From Dehalococcoidia bacterium (GTDB taxonomy: Bacteria > Chloroflexota > Dehalococcoidia > UBA2979), in assembly GCA_965262725.1 (NCBI GenBank), contig OZ253555.1, positions 2,880,001 through 2,944,000 on the forward strand: 64,000 nucleotides of DNA, written 5' to 3'. A program made the position numbers and the translations under genes. Below the pieces are notes generated by a model. That model ran no database searches. It was not told the origin of the DNA and saw only the letters and a program-made list of their open reading frames with translations. The first letter of the stretch is position 1, and the number at the start of each line of letters is the position of its first letter. This document shows positions 22,041 through 31,699 of the stretch, one piece after another.

Positions 22041-22378
22041 CGGCACTCCCCCGGGGCGAACTCGGCGCCGGCATCCCCCGCGAGCTACCCGAGGAGCTCA
22101 CGACCGTGCTCGCGGAGGGGGCCTCGGTCCGCATCGAGCGCATCGTCTCACGGGGGCATGCGACCACCGCCGGAGAGTGGTACGAGCAGGAGGCGGACGA
22201 GTGGGTGCTGCTCGTGGCGGGCGCTGCCCGGCTCGAGTTTCCCGACGGGGCGCTGCTCGAGCTGGCGCCGGGCGAGTGGGTCGACCTGCCGGCCGGGCTC
22301 CGCCACCGGGTCGCGTGGACCGCGCCGGGCGAGGACACGGTCTGGCTCGCGGTCTTCCGTCCCGCGGCCGGCTCATGA
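22037..22378 (+). CDS. Cupin domain protein
   Basis: 'VRIERIVSRGH', 'WYEQEADEWVLLVAG', 'LPAGLRHRVAWT', 'TVWLAV'; ATGA overlap with the GNAT stop. Confidence 0.88.
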   Translation: MTALPRGELGAGIPRELPEELTTVLAEGASVRIERIVSRGHATTAGEWYEQEADEWVLLVAGAARLEFPDGALLELAPGEWVDLPAGLRHRVAWTAPGEDTVWLAVFRPAAGS

Positions 22379-22472
22379 AGCGACGGCGCAGACGCGGTAG
22401 AGTGCGTCTCCGGTGCGGGTTCCCGCGCCCGAGGGCCCGCAGGCCCGCCCGGGGCCCCGGGGGCCGAAGGGG

Positions 22473-24008
22473 GTGATCGTGGCTCGGACGCTGCGAGTGG
22501 GCATCGACACGGCTCCCCGCATCTTCGACTGCGAGCAGCCGGCCGGATTCCGCGACTCCGCGGGCGCCGATCTCGTGGGGAGCTTCTACGATCAGCTCAC
22601 CTCGCCGCGCGCCTACCTCGACGAGCGCGGGGTCTCGCGAGCCGACTGGCACCGGCTCCGTCCGGTGCTCGCGGAGGCGTGGTGGTGGTCTGAGGACGGG
22701 CGCACCTGCACCTTCCGCGTCCGGGCGGGCGTCTACTCCGAGGACGGGAATGAGCTGACCGCCGAGGACGTTCGCTGGGGCTGGGAGCGCGCCTTCGGCC
22801 TGCGCGACGTGGGGAAATGGGTGGCGCGCATCTCCTCGCTGCAGGACTGGGAAGATATCGAGGTCATCGACCGCTACACGGTCGCCTTCCACCTGAGCGC
22901 CCCCAATCCGGCGCTCCCCCGCACCATGGCGCAGAACACCCCCGGCCTCTACGACAGCGCCGCGGTGCTGCCCCAGCTAACCGATGACGACCCCTGGGCG
23001 AAGGAACTGATCGGCGGGCGCTCGGTGGGGTACGGGCCCTACCGGCTCGTCGAGCGCGACGACGACGGCATCACGATCGCGGCGCGCGAGCGCTACTGGC
23101 GCGGCCGCCCCCCGATCGGCGAGGTGCACCTCCGGCGCTACGACTCGCGCGCGGAGGCACTCGCGGGGCTGCTCTCGGGCGAGGTGGACCTCGTACCCAA
23201 CGTCGCGGCCGCGGAGCTGCCGACGATCACCCGGCCCCGCGGTGGCGCGACGCGGCTCCGCGTGCAGCCGGCCTCGTTCTCGGGCATCGCGCTCCACCTC
23301 GATCCGACCGCGGAGCCGCTCGACGACCCGCTGGTCCGGCAGGCGATCGCGCACGCGACGCCCTACGCGGCGGTGCTCGGGTCGGCGTTCGACGGACGGA
23401 CCGAGCGCTGGCACAGCTGGGTGCGCAGCGACTCCCCCGGCTACGACCCCACCAGCTGGCCCTACGAGGAGGACGTCGCGCGGGCGCGCGAGCTGCTCGC
23501 CGCCTCGAAGGGAGCGGGCGGCTTCGAGACGACGCTGCGTGTGCTGCCCTCCGACGGATTCGACGCCGTCGCCGAAGTGGTCGCCGACGGGCTCTCGCGC
23601 ATCGGCGTGAGGCTCAACCTCGACAGCGCCGACCTGGCGGGCGAGATCCGCGCCGGCAATGCCGCGCCGATCATGCTGCGCGGGTTTCCGGACGGGCGCG
23701 GGATGCGCGTCTCCGACCCCAACTACGCCTACGTCCACGACTGGGGACCCGGCCGCATGCGGCTCTTCCCCTTCCACTACCAGAACGAGGAGTTCTTCGA
23801 CGCCCTCCGCTTCATGGTCGAGGCCGGCCACGGCCGCCCCTGGGAGGAGGCGGTCCGGCGGGTCCAGCGCCTGCACAACGCGGACGCGGTCCTGATCCCG
23901 CTCTGCAACATCCGCTTCCACGTGGCGCACGTCGGGGAGCTCGAAGGCTACCGCTGGTACCCGGACAACCGGCTCCCGTTCGCCGAGATGCGCTGGGCGG
24001 GGGAATAG
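22473..24008 (+). CDS. Family 5 (DppA/OppA-like) solute-binding-fold protein, no signal peptide
   Basis: 'PVLAEAW', 'GNELTAEDVRW', 'IDRYTVAFHL', 'GYGPYRL', 'DDPLVRQAIA'. Confidence 0.8.
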   Translation: MIVARTLRVGIDTAPRIFDCEQPAGFRDSAGADLVGSFYDQLTSPRAYLDERGVSRADWHRLRPVLAEAWWWSEDGRTCTFRVRAGVYSEDGNELTAEDVRWGWERAFGLRDVGKWVARISSLQDWEDIEVIDRYTVAFHLSAPNPALPRTMAQNTPGLYDSAAVLPQLTDDDPWAKELIGGRSVGYGPYRLVERDDDGITIAARERYWRGRPPIGEVHLRRYDSRAEALAGLLSGEVDLVPNVAAAELPTITRPRGGATRLRVQPASFSGIALHLDPTAEPLDDPLVRQAIAHATPYAAVLGSAFDGRTERWHSWVRSDSPGYDPTSWPYEEDVARARELLAASKGAGGFETTLRVLPSDGFDAVAEVVADGLSRIGVRLNLDSADLAGEIRAGNAAPIMLRGFPDGRGMRVSDPNYAYVHDWGPGRMRLFPFHYQNEEFFDALRFMVEAGHGRPWEEAVRRVQRLHNADAVLIPLCNIRFHVAHVGELEGYRWYPDNRLPFAEMRWAGE

Positions 24009-25544
24009 ATGTCGCACGCTCCCTCCCGCAGCCGCCTCGTCATGCCGCATTCGCTCGGCGCCGTGCGCGACGGGTGGGACACCGACGGATCCCACGTCGC
24101 GCAGAACCACACCATCCACACCGCCTACGAGCCGCTCACGAGCCCGCGCATCGCCGTGGAGGGGGGCGTACGCCGCCCCGTGGCCTCGAAGCTGCTGCCG
24201 CGGCTGGCCGAGTCGTGGGAGGGATCGCTCGATGCTCGAAGCTGGACCGTACGGCTGCGCCCCGGCGTGCTCAGCCACCACGGCCGCGAGCTCACCGCCG
24301 AGGACGTGCGGTGGAGCTGGGAGCGCGCCTACGCCCTGAGGCGGGTGGGGCGCTGGCGGTCACGGCGCATGGCCGGCGTCGGCGAGGCGCGCGACGTGCA
24401 GGTCGTGGACGAGCACACGCTCCGCATCGAACTCAGGCGTCCGAACCCCGAGTTGCCGCAGTACCTCATCTTCTCCACCAACCAGATCTTCGATTCGACG
24501 GAGGCGCGACGGCACGCCACCGGCGAGGACCCGTGGGCGACCGAGTGGCTGTCGCGGCACCCCTCAGGCTTCGGGGCGTTCGCGCTGGAGAGCCAGGAGG
24601 GAGACGTTCTGGCGATGCGCGCCCGCGACGAGTACTGGGCCGGCCGCCCGGGCATCGAGGCGCTGGTGCAACTGGGGGTGGAGACGCGGGAGCAGGCGCT
24701 GCGCATGGTCGAGCGTGGCGACGCGAACTTCCTCACAGGCCTCTACCCGGAGGAACTCGCTCGCTTCGAGGGGCGGCCCGAGTTCACGATCCACCGCGTC
24801 CGCGCCAACCACTCGACGCTCCAGTTCGACTTCACGGCGCCCCCCTTCGACGACGCCAGGCTCCGGCAGGCGGTCTGCTGCGCGCTCCCCTACGGTCGCA
24901 TCCTCGAGCAGGTCTACCACGGCTACGCGCGCCAGAGCCGGAGCCCGGTGACGAGTGTCTCCAAGCACCACGCTCCCGATCTCTGGAGCTACGACACCGA
25001 TGCCGCGCGGGCGCGCGAGCTGGTGGCGGCGAGCGGCTACCCAGACGGCGTCGAGACGGAGCTCTACATCGACCCGACCTACGAGTCGCTGCGCTTCGCG
25101 GAGATCGCGCTCCCGGCACTCGCCGCGATCGGGGTGCGCGCCGAGGCGCGCCTCCTGCGCTGGCCCGACCCCATCGGCGCGATCGGCGGCCGGCCGCCGA
25201 TGTGGTTCCTGGACGACTGCGGCCACGCGCTGACGGAGGCGCGCTACGACCTCGGGCACGACTACGACCCGCCGATCGGCATCCACGGCGGGCTCGTCCT
25301 GCGCGACCCCGAGCTGGCGAGACGGATTCAGGCCGTCGCCGCCTCGGAGCCGGGCGACCAGGCTGACGGCTACCGCGAGCTGCAGCGGGAGATCCTCGAC
25401 CTCGCCTACTGCGCCCACGTCGCCGAGCACGAGACCGGGTGGGTCGTCCGCGGCGAGATCGATCCGTGGGCGCTCTCCGAGGACTGCCTCGTCGTCAAGA
25501 CCACGGTGTGGAGCACGCACCGCAACCTCCTCAACTCCTGGTAA
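24009..25544 (+). CDS. Family 5 (DppA/OppA-like) solute-binding-fold protein, no signal peptide
   Basis: 'PRLAESWE', 'GRELTAEDVRWSW', 'GFGAF', 'PFDDARLRQA', 'ARELVAASGYPDG'. Confidence 0.8.
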   Translation: MSHAPSRSRLVMPHSLGAVRDGWDTDGSHVAQNHTIHTAYEPLTSPRIAVEGGVRRPVASKLLPRLAESWEGSLDARSWTVRLRPGVLSHHGRELTAEDVRWSWERAYALRRVGRWRSRRMAGVGEARDVQVVDEHTLRIELRRPNPELPQYLIFSTNQIFDSTEARRHATGEDPWATEWLSRHPSGFGAFALESQEGDVLAMRARDEYWAGRPGIEALVQLGVETREQALRMVERGDANFLTGLYPEELARFEGRPEFTIHRVRANHSTLQFDFTAPPFDDARLRQAVCCALPYGRILEQVYHGYARQSRSPVTSVSKHHAPDLWSYDTDAARARELVAASGYPDGVETELYIDPTYESLRFAEIALPALAAIGVRAEARLLRWPDPIGAIGGRPPMWFLDDCGHALTEARYDLGHDYDPPIGIHGGLVLRDPELARRIQAVAASEPGDQADGYRELQREILDLAYCAHVAEHETGWVVRGEIDPWALSEDCLVVKTTVWSTHRNLLNSW

Positions 25545-25566
25545 GGGCGAGCGGACAGGGGGGGCC

Positions 25567-26439
25567 ATGGGAGGATTGCGCCTGGCGCACTATCTCGTCG
25601 CGGTGCGCTCGATAGCTGAGGCGCGGCGCGGCTACGAGCAGTTGCTCGGAATGCGCGAGTTCGCCGCGGGGGAGGACCAGGCGGAGGGGGCGCGGTGGCT
25701 GGCGCTCGGCGGCACCTCCGAAAGCGTGAGGCTCGTCGAGCCGAGCCGCGCGGGAGGTGCGCTCGACGAGGCGATGCGCCGGCGGGCAACGGAGCGCAAC
25801 ACCGGGGGCGAGGGCTTCTACCGCGGTGTCTGGGAGACGGCGGACGCCGCCGCTCTGGCGAGCCGCTGGCGCGCGGCCGGCGTCGGCTTCGAGCGCACCG
25901 ATGAGGGTGCACTCCGTCCCGATCCTCGGCGCGCGCACGGCGTGCGCATGGAGATCCGGGACGCCCCGGCCGGCGGGTCGCCGGCCTTCGGTGACGGCGG
26001 CTCGCTGCTGCGGCTCTCGCACATCGGCGTCGCCGTCACGAGCCACGACGCGCCCGTCCGCAACTTTGCCGAACTCTTCGGTATGGAACCCATCGGGGAG
26101 CGGCAGACCATCCCCGCGGCGGCGCTCGCCACCCAGTGGGTCGGCTTCGGCACGCGCCGCATCTTCACACTGCTGCTCCCGCTCTCCGAGACGAGCCCCA
26201 TCGCGGGGCGCATGCCAGCGCTCCAGCTCGACACCGCAGCCGGGGGTGAGGGCGTCTACATCGTCGCGTGGGCGACCGCCGACCCGGACCGGCTCGGCGA
26301 CGACCTGGAGGCCGCCGGCGTCGCGGTCGCCCGCACGCCGGGACCGTCGGGGAGCATCCTGCGCCCCCATCCCCGCCTCACCGGCGGGGCCTACATCGAG
26401 GTACTGCCGCTCTCGATGAACACCGACCAGTGGGCGTAG
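25567..26439 (+). CDS. Two-domain VOC (glyoxalase / methylmalonyl-CoA epimerase-like) protein
   Basis: 'LAHYLVAVRS', 'GEGFY', 'HGVRMEI'; second domain 'LSHIGVAV', 'GEGVY', 'HPRLTGGAYIEV'. Confidence 0.75.
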   Translation: MGGLRLAHYLVAVRSIAEARRGYEQLLGMREFAAGEDQAEGARWLALGGTSESVRLVEPSRAGGALDEAMRRRATERNTGGEGFYRGVWETADAAALASRWRAAGVGFERTDEGALRPDPRRAHGVRMEIRDAPAGGSPAFGDGGSLLRLSHIGVAVTSHDAPVRNFAELFGMEPIGERQTIPAAALATQWVGFGTRRIFTLLLPLSETSPIAGRMPALQLDTAAGGEGVYIVAWATADPDRLGDDLEAAGVAVARTPGPSGSILRPHPRLTGGAYIEVLPLSMNTDQWA

Positions 26440-26547
26440 GGCCCCCGCCTACCCCGCGCCTGCGCTAGCCTCGACCCGGCGAGCCGGGGACGAGCGGACC
26501 GGCCTCCCTGCCGGCCCCGCCGCTCCGGAAGTCGGGAGGAGGATGCA

Positions 26548-27456
26548 ATGCGCGTTGCGATCACCGGGAGCTCGGGCTTCCTCGGGGGGGCACTCGCGGG
26601 GCGCCTTGAGAGCGCCGGCCACGAGGTTCTGCGCGTGCGGCGCGGCGAGCCCGACGACCCCCGGGCGCACTGGCAGCCAGCGAGCGGCTGGTTCCGTGAC
26701 GGCGCACTTCGGGGGACCGACGCGGTCGTGCACCTGAGTGGCGCATCGATCGGGACTGCGCGCTGGTCGGCGGCGCGGCGCGAGATCCTCTGGCGGAGCC
26801 GCGTCGAGTCGACGCGCGCGCTCGTCGAGCACGTCGCCACGCTGGAGCCACGGCCGGCGGTCCTGATCAGCGCCTCGGCGACCGGCTACTACGGCGACGG
26901 CGGCGACGCCGAGCTGAGCGAGGAGACGCGGAAGGGGACCGGATTCCTTGCCGATCTCTGCGAGGCCTGGGAGACGGAGGCGCTGAGGGCCGAGGGGCTG
27001 GGCGTGCGCGTGGTGCGGGCACGAACCGGCGTGGTCGTCGAGAGCCCCGCCTTCCTCGACCGACTGGTGAGGGTGTTCCGCCTCGGCCTCGGTGCGACGC
27101 TCGGAAGCGGGCGGCAGTGGATGTCCTGGGTGAGCGTGACCGACCAGCTTGCCGCCTTCGAGCGCGCCCTCACGGACGAGGAGATGACCGGAGCGGTGAA
27201 CGTCGTGGCTCCTCCCGTCACGAACCGCGAGTTCACGGCGGCTCTCGCCAGCGCCGTGAGGCGGCCCGCCGTGATGCGGCTGCCGGCCGTCGTGCTCCGC
27301 CTCCAGTTCGGGCGGGGACTCGCCGACGAGGCGCTGCTGGTCAATCAGCGAGCGGTTCCGGGGCGCCTGCGGGCGCTCGGCTTTGAGCACCGGCAGCCGA
27401 CCATCGAGGGCGCCCTGCGCACCGCGCTCGCGGGGCGGCTGTCCCGAGCGCCGTAA
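26548..27456 (+). CDS. TIGR01777-type NAD-dependent epimerase/oxidoreductase
   Basis: 'ITGSSGFLG', 'VHLSGASI..RW', 'SASATGYYG', 'GFLADLCEAWE', 'GSGRQWMSW'. Confidence 0.9.
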   Translation: MRVAITGSSGFLGGALAGRLESAGHEVLRVRRGEPDDPRAHWQPASGWFRDGALRGTDAVVHLSGASIGTARWSAARREILWRSRVESTRALVEHVATLEPRPAVLISASATGYYGDGGDAELSEETRKGTGFLADLCEAWETEALRAEGLGVRVVRARTGVVVESPAFLDRLVRVFRLGLGATLGSGRQWMSWVSVTDQLAAFERALTDEEMTGAVNVVAPPVTNREFTAALASAVRRPAVMRLPAVVLRLQFGRGLADEALLVNQRAVPGRLRALGFEHRQPTIEGALRTALAGRLSRAP

Positions 27457-27520
27457 CGGCGCAGTGCTCCCTTCCGGGGAGGCCCCCGTCGCGGCGCGGG
27501 ACACGGTGGGGCCGGACCCG

Positions 27521-28597
27521 CTACTGGAGGACACCGACCTCCCGCAACAGCCGCAGGGTCGCCTCGAGGTCCTCGAGACGGCTCAGGTCCACTTCGAGCG
27601 GCCGCAGGTCGGCGATACTCGGGAGGGAGGCGGCGCTCGGGACGCCCGCGATCAGCGGGTACTCGAAGGTCTCCTCCGCGTAGTGGCGCTGCGCCTCCTC
27701 GCCGAGCAGGAACTCGATCAGCCGCTCGGCGCCGTCGCGGTTCCCCGAGCTCTCAAGGACGGCCGCACCCGCCACGTTCACGAGCGTCCCGACGTCGCCA
27801 GGCGCGGTGTAGTGATTGCGCGCGCCGAACGACTCACCCTCCTCGGCGAGGAAGCGGTGCAGGTAGTAGTGGTTCACGAAGCCGACATCGATCTCGCCGG
27901 CGGCCGCGGCCTGCACGATCGAGCTGTTGTTCGGGTAGGCAACGGCACCGTTCGCGTGCACCGCCTCAAGCCAGGCGCGCGCGACATCCTCGCCCCGCGT
28001 CACGCGGAACGCAGTGACCCAGGCCTGGAACGACCCGTTCTGGGGCGCCCAGCCGATGCGGCCCCTCCAGCGCGGGTCGGCGAAGTCGAGAATGGAATCC
28101 GGGAGGTCGCCGGGCTCGACGGCCTCCCTGTTGTAGACCACGACCCGCGCGCGCCCCGAGAGCCCCACCCACGCGCCCGCGCGCGAGCGGAAGGTGGGAT
28201 CGACGCGTGCCAGAAGCTCGTCGTCGAGGGGTGCGAGCAGGCCGGCAGCCTCCACCGCGCCGAGCGCCCCCGCGTCCTGGGCGATGAAGAGATCCGCTGG
28301 GCTGCGATCGCCCTCCTCGAGCAGGAGCGCGGCGAGCTCCGAGGTGCCGGCGTAGCGCACGCGGACGTCGACCCCCTCCTTCTCCGCGAAGCGCTCGAGG
28401 AGCGGGCCGATGAGCTCGGCGCTGCGACCCGAGTAGACAATGAGCGACTGCTCGTCCCCGTCGCCGCAGCCGGGCATTGCCGCGGCGAGCACGGCCGCGG
28501 CGACGAGCCAGCCGATGCCCGCGAGACGGCTTCGCCGCCGCCAGCCGACGGCACCTCCTCGCTCCCGGGCGAAGCGAGCTACTTTCAGGCGCAGCAT
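27521..28597 (-). CDS. Ferric iron ABC substrate-binding lipoprotein (FbpA/FutA-like)
   Basis: 'LIVYSGR', 'EEGDRSPADLF', 'WVGLSGRARVVVYN', 'FVNHYY', 'TFEYP'; lipobox-like 'MPGC'. Confidence 0.88.
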   Translation of the reverse strand: MLRLKVARFARERGGAVGWRRRSRLAGIGWLVAAAVLAAAMPGCGDGDEQSLIVYSGRSAELIGPLLERFAEKEGVDVRVRYAGTSELAALLLEEGDRSPADLFIAQDAGALGAVEAAGLLAPLDDELLARVDPTFRSRAGAWVGLSGRARVVVYNREAVEPGDLPDSILDFADPRWRGRIGWAPQNGSFQAWVTAFRVTRGEDVARAWLEAVHANGAVAYPNNSSIVQAAAAGEIDVGFVNHYYLHRFLAEEGESFGARNHYTAPGDVGTLVNVAGAAVLESSGNRDGAERLIEFLLGEEAQRHYAEETFEYPLIAGVPSAASLPSIADLRPLEVDLSRLEDLEATLRLLREVGVLQ

Positions 28598-28619
28598 CGT
28601 CTTCCCTTCCGTTCCCACG

Positions 28620-28690
28620 TCATTATTATATCTGTACTAACAGCTATCCTAATACAGTATAGACTGTCTTTCTATCTTAGTACTACCATG
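28620..28690 (-). promoter_or_regulatory. AT-rich promoter/operator region of the iron SBP gene
   Basis: Perfect TATAAT (28630-28625, minus strand), near-direct repeat CTATCyTArTAC at 28644 and 28672, inverted GTACTAA/TTAGTAC; strongly AT-rich versus flanks. Confidence 0.6.
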
Positions 28691-29057
28691 TCTACCCCAT
28701 CAGCCTTCCCTACCTCCGGGTCGCAGCACCCCACGAGGCCGCGCGTCGCCCTCGCCGCAAGCAACGCCGGCGTCGATACTGCCTGCCGGGCGGCCGCCGT
28801 CCGGCGCGAGCCGGAACCGCCGCACGGACGAAAGGACTGGGGATGAGCGCCGACGCCCGAGGTCTCGATGCAGCCTCGCACTCCTCGGGGAACCGCTGCT
28901 GCGCAAGCGGCCAGAGCTCGACCACGATGTGGATCCCTCGCTCTGGAGCGACCTGCACACGGTCATGGCTTCCTTCTCGAGGATGTCGCCGTCTGCCGTC
29001 TCGTCGGGAACGGGCGCCGCAAGACGCTCCCGGCGCACACGCCACCGCAGCGTCTAG

Positions 29058-30265
29058 GGCAAGTCTGATCAGGTGGGTCTAGCGACCCAGTTTCGCCGCG
29101 GTCAGGCGCTCTCAGGCGGATTCCCGATGACAGTGGTCATATCCGCCCCCTCGCGGGCCCCTGTGGCTCCCCTCCTCGCCCCGTGTGGGGCGGGGAGGGC
29201 GCACTCCACCCACGGTCAGGCACGGTGCGGCTTCGCGGTGAGCAGGTTGTGGAACCCCAGCAAGACCGCACACCGCTCGTGGTTCTTGAAGAGACCCCGG
29301 TACCGCACCTTGGCGTAGCCGAAGCGCCGCTTCACGCTGTAGAACGGGTGCTCCACCAGCGCTCGCACCGATGCCTTCCGCTTCTCCTCGACGGCCTCAG
29401 GACTCTCCGGGTCGAGCGCACGCCGGAGGCCCGGGCGCATCGCCACGTTCCAGTCCTTGACCCTGGAGTCCGCGTTCTCGGGTCTCTTCTGCACGCCCCG
29501 GTACCCGGCGTCGCCGTAGACCTCGGCTTCCTCGCCGTGCAGCAGGCGGTGCGTCTCAGACACGTCCGACACGTTCGCAGGCGTGGTCGTGAAGTTGTGG
29601 ACCAGTCCAGTATCCCTGTCGGCGCCGATGTGCAGCTTCATCCCGAAGAACCACTGTTTCCCCTTCTTGGTCTGATGCATCTCCGGGTCCCGCGCCCGCC
29701 CGCGATTCTTCGTCGACGATGGCGCCGAGATGATGGTCGCATCCACGATGCTGCCCTCGCTCAGCTTCAATCCCTTGCTCGTGAGGTGCTCGTTGATGAG
29801 TTGGAGGATCCTGCTACCCAGGGAGTGGCGCTCGAGCAGGTGCCGGAAGTTGAGGATCGTCGTCTCGTCGGGGATGGGCTCGGAGAGCGTGAGGAAGCAA
29901 AAGGCTCGCACCGACTCGGCCTCGTGGAGCAGATCCTCCATGCCGGGGTCGCTGAGGTTGTAGCAGAGTTGCACGGTATGGATGCGCAGCATCACGGAGA
30001 GCGGGTAGGGCCTCCGCCCGCGGCCCGGTTTCGGGTAGTGGGGCTCGATGGCTGCTTCGAACCTCTGCCACGGGACGAGGCCATCCAGCCGTTCGAGGAA
30101 CTTCTGGCGGCGCGTCTTGTAGCCATCCCGCTCGAACTCGACTCTCGCGAATGTCGGCTGATGCATGGCAGCGCTCCCCTTTCCCGGAGGAGTGCCATGA
30201 TCGCATATAGTCATCGGAGTGTGCATGTGCTCCAGTAACGACGCGGCGACCTGTTCAGAGAACCC
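29058..30265 (-). mobile_element. IS5-family insertion sequence, copy 1 (1208 bp)
   Basis: Imperfect terminal IRs (GGCAAGTCTGATCAGGT / GGGTTCTCTGAACAGGT), CTAG duplication at 29054-29057 and 30266-30269, internal DDE transposase. Confidence 0.95.
29216..30166 (-). CDS. IS5-family transposase
   Basis: 'GRRPYPL', 'IPDETTILNFRHLLE', 'IVDATII', 'YGDAGY', 'RALVEHPF', 'KVRYRGL.KN'; start at MHQPTF (ORF open to 30226). Confidence 0.95.
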   Translation of the reverse strand: MHQPTFARVEFERDGYKTRRQKFLERLDGLVPWQRFEAAIEPHYPKPGRGRRPYPLSVMLRIHTVQLCYNLSDPGMEDLLHEAESVRAFCFLTLSEPIPDETTILNFRHLLERHSLGSRILQLINEHLTSKGLKLSEGSIVDATIISAPSSTKNRGRARDPEMHQTKKGKQWFFGMKLHIGADRDTGLVHNFTTTPANVSDVSETHRLLHGEEAEVYGDAGYRGVQKRPENADSRVKDWNVAMRPGLRRALDPESPEAVEEKRKASVRALVEHPFYSVKRRFGYAKVRYRGLFKNHERCAVLLGFHNLLTAKPHRA

Positions 30266-30429
30266 CTAGAATCGAAACCACCGTCAGGGGGACGACGCCG
30301 GCCGGGACGACCCGGCCGAACTCGGGGCACGTCGCACACGCAGCGGCACTTCGTCGACGAGTGTTGTCCCGAGCGCTACGAGCGGCGCGGCGCCGGCGCG
30401 TGGATGGTCAGCGTGAGGGCGGAGAGGCG

Positions 30430-31632
30430 ATGAGCGAGCAGATCTGGCAACGCGCCCGCGCCTCGGGCATGACTCGCCGCCGCTTCCTAGAACTGATGGC
30501 GGCGAGCGGCGGCGGCGCCGTACTGGCCGCCTGTGTCGACCTTGAGGGCGGCGCCGGAGACGGGCACCGGGCCCCGCCTTGGTTCAAGGACAGCGAGCCC
30601 TTCGTCAGGCACGGCGACACGGGCCTTGAGGCTCAGCTCGCGCTGATGGACGACGTGCGCACTCCGACCACCCTGTTCTTCGTGCGCAACAACTCGCCCT
30701 CCAGCATCGCCGTCGACGCCGGGGACTGGCGACTCTTCGTCGAGGGCGACGCAGTCACCACTCCGCTGGAGCTGAGCTACGACGAGATCCGCCGCCTGCC
30801 CCCGCGCACGTTCGTCTCCTACCTGGAATGCGCGGGCAACCAGCGGGCGATGTTCGAGCAACTGAACGGGCGGCGGGCGGACGGCGAACAGTGGGGCACT
30901 GGCGCCATCTCCAATGCTGAGTGGACCGGCGTCCCCCTGCGCGACTTGCTGTCGCTCGCCGGGATCCGCGGCGATGCCGTCTGCGTACTGCTCGTGGGGC
31001 TCGACACGGAAGCGCCAGAGCAGGGCTTCCGGCGCGTGCTCCCGGTCGAGAAGGCGATGCACCCCGACACGCTGCTCGCGTACGAGATGAACGGCGAAAC
31101 GCTGCCGCAGGACCACGGCTTTCCGCTGCGCGCGATCGCGCCGGGCTGGGTCGGCAGCAGCAGCATCAAATGGCTCGACCGCGTAGTCGTCTCGCGGCGG
31201 CAGCTGTGGACACGCAACAACACCACGTCGTACGTGCTGATCGGGGACGACTATGAGCCCGAGGGCGACGCTCCGGGCGAGGTCGTGGCCGAGCAGACCA
31301 TCAAGAGCGCCCTCGCGCTGCCCTGGCCCGCCGAGCTACCTGCCGGCGCCCACCGCCTCCACGGCTATGCCCACTCGCCGGGCGGCCCGATCGCGAGGGT
31401 CGAGTGGAGCGCGGACGGCGGCGCGAGCTGGAGCGACGCGGACCTCGCGGGCCCACAGATCGACTACTCGTGGGTGAGGTTCGAGTTCGACTGGAGCGCC
31501 GGGCCGGGCGAGCACACGATCCTGACGCGCGCCACCGACGCCTCTGGCGTGACGCAGCCGGACGAGGTTCCCTTCAACGAGAAGGGCTACCTTTTCAACC
31601 AGCCCTTGCCCCACGCGATCCGTGTGACGTAG
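30430..31632 (+). CDS. Sulfite oxidase-family molybdoenzyme, Tat lipoprotein
   Basis: Tat 'TRRRFL' plus 'LAAC'; 'FFVRN', 'LECAGN' (Mo ligand Cys), 'LLAYEMNGETLPQDHGFPLR..PGW.G..SIKWL', C-terminal dimerisation domain. Confidence 0.88.
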   Translation: MSEQIWQRARASGMTRRRFLELMAASGGGAVLAACVDLEGGAGDGHRAPPWFKDSEPFVRHGDTGLEAQLALMDDVRTPTTLFFVRNNSPSSIAVDAGDWRLFVEGDAVTTPLELSYDEIRRLPPRTFVSYLECAGNQRAMFEQLNGRRADGEQWGTGAISNAEWTGVPLRDLLSLAGIRGDAVCVLLVGLDTEAPEQGFRRVLPVEKAMHPDTLLAYEMNGETLPQDHGFPLRAIAPGWVGSSSIKWLDRVVVSRRQLWTRNNTTSYVLIGDDYEPEGDAPGEVVAEQTIKSALALPWPAELPAGAHRLHGYAHSPGGPIARVEWSADGGASWSDADLAGPQIDYSWVRFEFDWSAGPGEHTILTRATDASGVTQPDEVPFNEKGYLFNQPLPHAIRVT

Positions 31633-31699
31633 CGCTCTCGCACTCGCTCCCGCCCGGGCGAATCGCCACGTGGCCGCTCAACGACCCGCGCCGTGCCTG

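Noticed and set aside
28700-29053. Possible gene remnant next to IS copy 1 (e.g. 'GIHIVVELWPLAQQRFPEECEAA')
   Set aside because: Short protein-like patches lie in different frames with no recognisable family; cannot be supported without a database search.
29183-30238. 351-aa antisense ORF within both IS copies
   Set aside because: Antisense shadow of the transposase; its conservation only reflects identical copies.
30270-30430. Moco riboswitch upstream of the sulfite oxidase
   Set aside because: Only generic GC hairpins; no recognisable Moco RNA consensus.
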